Below the pieces are notes generated by a model. That model did no database searches. It was given only the letters and a program-made list of their open reading frames with translations, and was not told where the DNA came from. From contig NHBO02000064.1 of the NCBI GenBank assembly GCA_002167845.2, positions 80,910-144,909 on the forward strand: a stretch of DNA of 64,000 bases. The letters run 5' to 3'. This document shows, one piece after another, positions 59,690 to 64,000 of this stretch. Position 1 is the first letter of the stretch. Each line of letters begins with the position of its first letter. This stretch comes from Phycisphaera sp. TMED9 (lineage in GTDB: Bacteria; Planctomycetota; Phycisphaerae; Phycisphaerales; SM1A02). Both the position numbers and the translations under genes were made by a program.

Positions 59690-60828
59690 CGCCTTCTGGT
59701 GGAGAGACCGATGCCCGTCCGAAGTCGAGCATGACTCCGCTCATTCTCGTGATCGCCCTCGGATTTTCGGGGGCCGCGGTCGTACTGGGGTGGGGATTGG
59801 TCGGCGTCTTCTCCGGCGAACCTCCGATCGGTGACGGCCGCGATCCCGCGTCGTACGGTTTCGATCTCTCGGCACTCGAGATCGATCCGGAGGCGCTGGC
59901 CGCCAGCGGGAATCCCCGGGACTTCCTGTTCCCCCTGGTCGATCCGGTGGTGATTCCGGGCGGGGAGGTGGCGGGTCTCAATGCGTCCAACAAACGAAAG
60001 TGGCAGAAGGAAGTCGTCAGCGGCGATCGGGTCGTGGGGGTCGAGATCGACGGGGTCTTTCGGGCGTATCCGATGTTCATCCTCGATGCCCACGAGGTCG
60101 TCCAGGATCGAATCGGCGAGACGCCCATCGTGGTGGCGCGGTCTCCGTTGGTCGACGAGGTCGTGGTGTTCGAAGGGATGTCGGACGGCGCGGCCATCGA
60201 AGTCGGCGTGAGCGGACTTCTCGACGACCTCTCGCTGATCATGCATGATCAAGATTCCGTCTCGCCCAGTCTGTTGTCGGGGCACGATGGTCGGTTCATC
60301 GCCGGACCGAAGACCGGGGCGCGCTTGGAAGTGGTTCCGGGCGTGGTGGTGACCACCTGGCGGGATTGGCTTGCTCGGCATCCCGAGACCGGCGTCGTGC
60401 TCCGTGACGTCGGATCGTTCCAGCGGTATCGGCGGGTCTCCTACGACCGGTACCTCGATGGTTCCGCCTGGATCATCCCGCCGAGGAACTCCATGGATGT
60501 CGCGCTGGGAGCGCGGGATCGCGTTCTCGCCGTGCGAGGCCCCGAGGCTGGGGCGCGTTGGTGGATCTTCCCGCTGATCGATCTGGCGACACGCTTGACG
60601 CCGGAGGGAATCTCGATCGCCGTTGACGATCGGCGGCTGATGATCGCGGAAGGAACCGGGGACTCCGCCGCAACCATCGATCTCATCGAGTCCGATGGTC
60701 TGGAACTTCGTTTCGGTTTCTGGCAGGCGGCATCGATCCGAGAACCGGAAGCCGCGCGAGCGGCGCTGGAGCGAGGTCGCCAGGCCCTGGAGGCTGCGAC
60801 GGTCGGTGGCGATCCGGAATCGGACTGA
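59686..60828 (+). CDS. DUF3179-like protein with an N-terminal TM anchor
   Basis: 'VVGVEIDGVFRAYPMFILDAHEVVQDRIGETPIVV' resembles the DUF3179 core. The GTG start overlaps the ctaB stop (GTGA). Confidence 0.7.
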   Translation: MTPSGGETDARPKSSMTPLILVIALGFSGAAVVLGWGLVGVFSGEPPIGDGRDPASYGFDLSALEIDPEALAASGNPRDFLFPLVDPVVIPGGEVAGLNASNKRKWQKEVVSGDRVVGVEIDGVFRAYPMFILDAHEVVQDRIGETPIVVARSPLVDEVVVFEGMSDGAAIEVGVSGLLDDLSLIMHDQDSVSPSLLSGHDGRFIAGPKTGARLEVVPGVVVTTWRDWLARHPETGVVLRDVGSFQRYRRVSYDRYLDGSAWIIPPRNSMDVALGARDRVLAVRGPEAGARWWIFPLIDLATRLTPEGISIAVDDRRLMIAEGTGDSAATIDLIESDGLELRFGFWQAASIREPEAARAALERGRQALEAATVGGDPESD

Positions 60829-60865
60829 CCCGTGACTTCACGTCGCAGGCTCGTCGAATCGAGGC

Positions 60866-62269
60866 TCATTCCACGTCGAGCGTGGGCTTGAGCGCTTCTT
60901 CAATCGCGAGGACTGCATAGATCGTCGCGAGCTCTGGTCGGGATTCCTCCCACCGATCTTCGTCGTTCTTCCAACTGCCATCCGCTCGTTGGAGATCCAC
61001 GAGTGTGGTGATCAGTTCATCTCGCCAGTCATGCAGAGTTCCATCCGGGCCTTGGATCTCATCCAGTCCGGAGGCTCGCAATGCTCGGGCCATCGCATGA
61101 AGGTAGTAGTAGAGCCCCTGGCCACCGAGCCCCGGATTCTCGGTCAGCGTCCAGTGCTGTCGGATCCAGCCGATCGCGGCGGCGACGCGGGGATCGTCCG
61201 CGGTGAGGCCCGCGTACAACAGGCTCTTGAATCCGGCGTAGGTCATCGAACCGTAACTTCGGAGACTGCGAGCAACGCCTTCAGGCATCGTCTCGCCGTA
61301 GCGGCCTTCGCCGGCCACGGCGCTGCCGAAGGACTCGCCGTCGTTGGCGGGGGTGTAGACGAAACCGCCGTCATCGCGGCCCGCTTGCGCCCACGCGGCG
61401 GGATTCGTCGCCTTCAGGTTCTGAGTCCGCGTGAGGAAGACCAGTGCCTTCTGGACGACGGGCTCCTCCGGGCTGACACCGGCGTCGTAGAGGGCGTCGA
61501 GCATCATCTGGGTGTTCGAGAGATCAGGGCGTCCGCGACTTCCGTAACCCGCGCCCCCGTACCAGTCCTGTTTCGGCGAGACACCCTCGGCTCGATCCCA
61601 TTGATTGGTTCGAAGAAAGATCACCGCATCGCCCAGCGCCCGCGCGTCTCCGGGGTCCGACAGCGAGCCATGGGCGGCAAGGCCCATCGTCACCGAACTG
61701 GCGACGTAGTTGCCGAGTCCGGCCGCCGCGAGGCCTTCGAAGCCATACTCTTCGAGGGCGCTTCGGACGAAGCCGAGCGCCCGAGTGGCGGCTTCGGGAG
61801 AGTCGGCGAGGGCGGGGGCCTGTGCGAACGCCTTCAAGCCCAGGCCGGTCACCGCCACGGCGGCCGCAGCTTCACGAGGCGGTTGATCCGTGGCGATCAC
61901 CTCCGCACCTTCCATCCAACCACCCCGGCGCGACTGCATCGACTCGAGCCAGGCCAGTCCTCGCCGGGTGGCGGTTCGGCCACTCGTCCAAGTCGCTTCG
62001 TCGAGGCGGGTTTCGCTCCGATCGACGGCGATTCGATGGACGGGCGGCGTCGGAAGCACGACCGTGGTCGGAACCGAAGGGACCGGGAGTTCGGTGATCT
62101 TCTCGACGTTGATGCGTGGGTCGGTCGGGAGTTCGTCGCCCCCGGTTGCTTGGATGGCCTTGCGGACGCGGTCGGGTACCGCCTTCTGGTCCGGTGGTGG
62201 CGGTTCCGAAGCGGGGGCAAGCGCCCAGACGAGCACGGAGATCAAGATGGGTTGGAAGACTGCAGGCAT
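60866..62269 (-). CDS. Secreted prenyltransferase/squalene-oxidase-repeat (terpene-cyclase-fold) protein
   Basis: Signal peptide 'MPAVFQPILISVLVWALAPA'. Repeated 'Q..(R/D)GGW' type motifs: 'MQSRRGGWMEG', 'GRDDGGFVY' and 'LQRADGSWKNDED'. Confidence 0.75.
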   Translation of the reverse strand: MPAVFQPILISVLVWALAPASEPPPPDQKAVPDRVRKAIQATGGDELPTDPRINVEKITELPVPSVPTTVVLPTPPVHRIAVDRSETRLDEATWTSGRTATRRGLAWLESMQSRRGGWMEGAEVIATDQPPREAAAAVAVTGLGLKAFAQAPALADSPEAATRALGFVRSALEEYGFEGLAAAGLGNYVASSVTMGLAAHGSLSDPGDARALGDAVIFLRTNQWDRAEGVSPKQDWYGGAGYGSRGRPDLSNTQMMLDALYDAGVSPEEPVVQKALVFLTRTQNLKATNPAAWAQAGRDDGGFVYTPANDGESFGSAVAGEGRYGETMPEGVARSLRSYGSMTYAGFKSLLYAGLTADDPRVAAAIGWIRQHWTLTENPGLGGQGLYYYLHAMARALRASGLDEIQGPDGTLHDWRDELITTLVDLQRADGSWKNDEDRWEESRPELATIYAVLAIEEALKPTLDVE

Positions 62270-62355
62270 GAGGTCAGTCTAGACTCTCCGGGGTCTCTCT
62301 TGGAAAAGAAGCCGGAATGCCGGTCATCCAAGTTTCCTTCGATCAGGATCCACCC

Positions 62356-62733
62356 ATGAACAAGCGGAAAGAACTCGCGCCGAACAAGCGGAAAGAACTC
62401 GCGCCGGACTCGGCATCAGGGGGATCTGCCGACCCGGATCCCGTGCTGGATCCGGCCGTGTCGCCGGTGGCCTGGATGCGGGAATTCGCGTCTGGATTCA
62501 TGACGACCGAAGGTGCTTCGCCCGACGGTGAGAAATCGGACGCCGAGGACGGTGAGGCGATCGTCGCCTCGTGGATCGATCGGGGGCGAGCCGGGCTCGA
62601 TCCGATCGAGCGGCGATTGTCGGCGTTGATGGCCGAGTCGAGTCTGGCCGCGATCACGGCGTCGGAGGCTCGAATCATGGAACGTCTCGACCGGATCGAG
62701 TCTCGACTCTCGAGTCTGGAGCAGAAGGGCTGA
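62356..62733 (+). CDS. Hypothetical small protein with a duplicated N-terminal octapeptide and a C-terminal coiled coil
   Basis: ATG at 62356. 'MNKRKELAPNKRKELAP...' and C-terminal 'ARIMERLDRIESRLSSLEQKG'. Confidence 0.45.
   Translation: MNKRKELAPNKRKELAPDSASGGSADPDPVLDPAVSPVAWMREFASGFMTTEGASPDGEKSDAEDGEAIVASWIDRGRAGLDPIERRLSALMAESSLAAITASEARIMERLDRIESRLSSLEQKG
62358..62405 (+). repeat. Perfect 24-bp tandem duplication (2 copies)
   Basis: 'gaacaagcggaaagaactcgcgcc' occurs twice back to back, read directly. Confidence 0.95.
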
Positions 62734-62734
62734 A

Positions 62735-62758
62735 CCTCCGCATCGCGTTCGGCGGAGG
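62735..62758. terminator. Hairpin between convergent genes; candidate bidirectional terminator
   Basis: 7-bp stem 'cctccgc'/'gcggagg' with a 10-nt loop. No strong U-tract. Confidence 0.3.
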
Positions 62759-62767
62759 ACTTCGGGG

Positions 62768-63970
62768 TCACCTGATCGTTCCCACGACGTACATGACTTC
62801 ACTGCCGGCGGTCGTGTCGAACCTCACCGGAATCATGAAGACCCCCGTCTGCCCGGTCAGCGGGGTGATCGCGACCTTGATTCGGACACGGTCTCCGTCA
62901 CCTTCCACCTGCTCCAGAAGGTCCGTTCGGAAGTTCGGGTCTTCCGAGATCGCCGCGTTGACTCGCTTCCCCGCAAATTGCTTCAACTCGATGTTGAACG
63001 TCGCGTTCCCGCCAGGGGCGAGCGTGCCCACGTTGGCGATGTATCCGTCGAACTGAAGTGCGACGGCCCGACTCTGGTGGGGGAGTTTCGAGAAGGGGTG
63101 TCGAATTCGCATTTCGATCACCGAGGCATCGGGGTGATCGGTTTCGAAGAGCATCCACTTGGGGAAGGCGTCGACGACACCGGTCCGTTGAGCCTCGGCC
63201 GTGGCCGCGGTGAGGTCGTACCGAACGACATGGTTCGTCAGAGGGTCATTCGGAGTGATCAGATCCGGTGCGGCGCCATTCACGGATCGAACTCTGAAGG
63301 GTCGGCCATCCGTCGAGGTGAGCGCCACATTGCCGGAAAGGCGATCCGCGGCGAGGGCGTCGATGAAGAGTGGCGTGGTCCTGACGGGGTAGGCCGCGAC
63401 CGCGGTGAGCGTGAGACGGGGGCCTCTGACTTGGCCGTTCGGGCCGGAAAGCAGCACGTTAACCGCGGCTTTCTTTTCTCCGGTGGTACTTGGCACCTGG
63501 AGGGTCATGGGGATTCCAACGGCACCGCGGGGCGGGATGGTCTCGCCCGCGACCTCGACCGTCGTGCATTGGCAGGTCGGGACCGCGGCCGCGATGGTCA
63601 TGGGTGCGTTCGTGGGATTGACCAGCTTCACTTCGACCTCGAGTTTCGAGCCAGGCTTCACGATTCCGAAGTTCACATCGTTGGGCTCACCGTAGACCGT
63701 CGTGGCGCCCGCCGTGATCGAGATGCTTCCAGTTGGGTAGATGGTGGCGCCCGAGGCGGAAGTCACGATCGGTGAACTCGGCTCCTCTTGCTCGGTGGTT
63801 GAGGAAGGAGCGGGGTCGGTCGATGCCGGTGGTGATGAGACGGAGTCGTCACAGCCAGAGATCATCGTCAACAGTCCGAGCGTGATGGGCGTGATGGTCG
63901 ATCGGAACGAGATCAAGGGAAGGTCTCCGAGCAAGTGCGGCTGATATGGGCCGGGAAGGGGGTCGTCCAC
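62768..63970 (-). CDS. Lipoprotein with DUF1573-like Ig-fold repeats
   Basis: Lipobox 'LLTMISGC'. 'VNFGIVKPGSKLEVEVKLVNPTNAPMTIAAAVPTCQCTTV' matches the DUF1573 pattern (F.FG.V..G......F...N.G..P..I......C.CT). Confidence 0.75.
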   Translation of the reverse strand: MDDPLPGPYQPHLLGDLPLISFRSTITPITLGLLTMISGCDDSVSSPPASTDPAPSSTTEQEEPSSPIVTSASGATIYPTGSISITAGATTVYGEPNDVNFGIVKPGSKLEVEVKLVNPTNAPMTIAAAVPTCQCTTVEVAGETIPPRGAVGIPMTLQVPSTTGEKKAAVNVLLSGPNGQVRGPRLTLTAVAAYPVRTTPLFIDALAADRLSGNVALTSTDGRPFRVRSVNGAAPDLITPNDPLTNHVVRYDLTAATAEAQRTGVVDAFPKWMLFETDHPDASVIEMRIRHPFSKLPHQSRAVALQFDGYIANVGTLAPGGNATFNIELKQFAGKRVNAAISEDPNFRTDLLEQVEGDGDRVRIKVAITPLTGQTGVFMIPVRFDTTAGSEVMYVVGTIR

Positions 63971-64000
63971 CGTGAACGAAGGAAAGGATAGTCGCTGGCG

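Overview
High-GC (about 60-65% by eye), gene-dense bacterial chromosomal segment. I found no rRNA, CRISPR array, transposase, integrase or phage genes. The gene content suggests Planctomycetota, possibly Phycisphaerae-like: secreted hydrolases with a Gly-Cys-containing dockerin-like C-terminal tag, a DUF1573 lipoprotein, a secreted prenyltransferase/squalene-oxidase-repeat protein, and alternative complex III. This taxonomy is inference only.

Layout:
- 0-25.6 kb: a long coiled-coil membrane protein; three consecutive secreted enzymes (EEP nuclease/phosphatase, DNRLRE-domain protein, PHB-depolymerase-type esterase) sharing a ~50-aa C-terminal tag; tRNA-Cys(GCA); two cyclophilins; gatB; hpt; a PH-domain membrane protein; a DnaJ/CbpA-like protein; a CcoG-like polyferredoxin fused to TPR repeats; metK-rsmB-ptsN on the minus strand; an S8 protease carrying a fourth copy of the tag; nfsA-like; a bifunctional nuclease; truD.
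- 25.8-36.0 kb: one translationally coupled operon encoding a caa3-type oxidase (ctaCDE), an unknown 6-TM protein, a dihaem cytochrome c, a Rieske protein, a cytochrome b with a fused haem-c domain, a CtaG::CcoG-like fusion and a small membrane protein.
- 36-41.7 kb: HAD hydrolase, tadA, tatC, tatD, and an APC permease fused to EIIA and TrkA-C domains.
- 42.2-59.7 kb: alternative complex III (actABCDEF), a small TM protein, SCO, a second caa3-type oxidase (subunits II-c, I, III, IV plus an extra III-like gene), then ctaA and ctaB.
- 59.7-64 kb: DUF3179 protein, prenyltransferase-like protein, a small protein with a perfect 24-bp duplication, and a DUF1573 lipoprotein.

I found no clear-cut new multi-gene system such as a defence island. 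The most unusual items are:
- the shared Gly-Cys dockerin-like tag on four secreted enzymes;
- a conserved 28-nt element in the leaders of two of those genes;
- the CtaG::CcoG-like fusion and its downstream partner;
- two complete quinol-to-O2 branches within 32 kb;
- a 543-bp non-coding leader with strong symmetry elements upstream of the ACIII operon;
- the APC-EIIA-TrkA-C transporter.

All family assignments come from motif recognition in the supplied translations. No database search was run.
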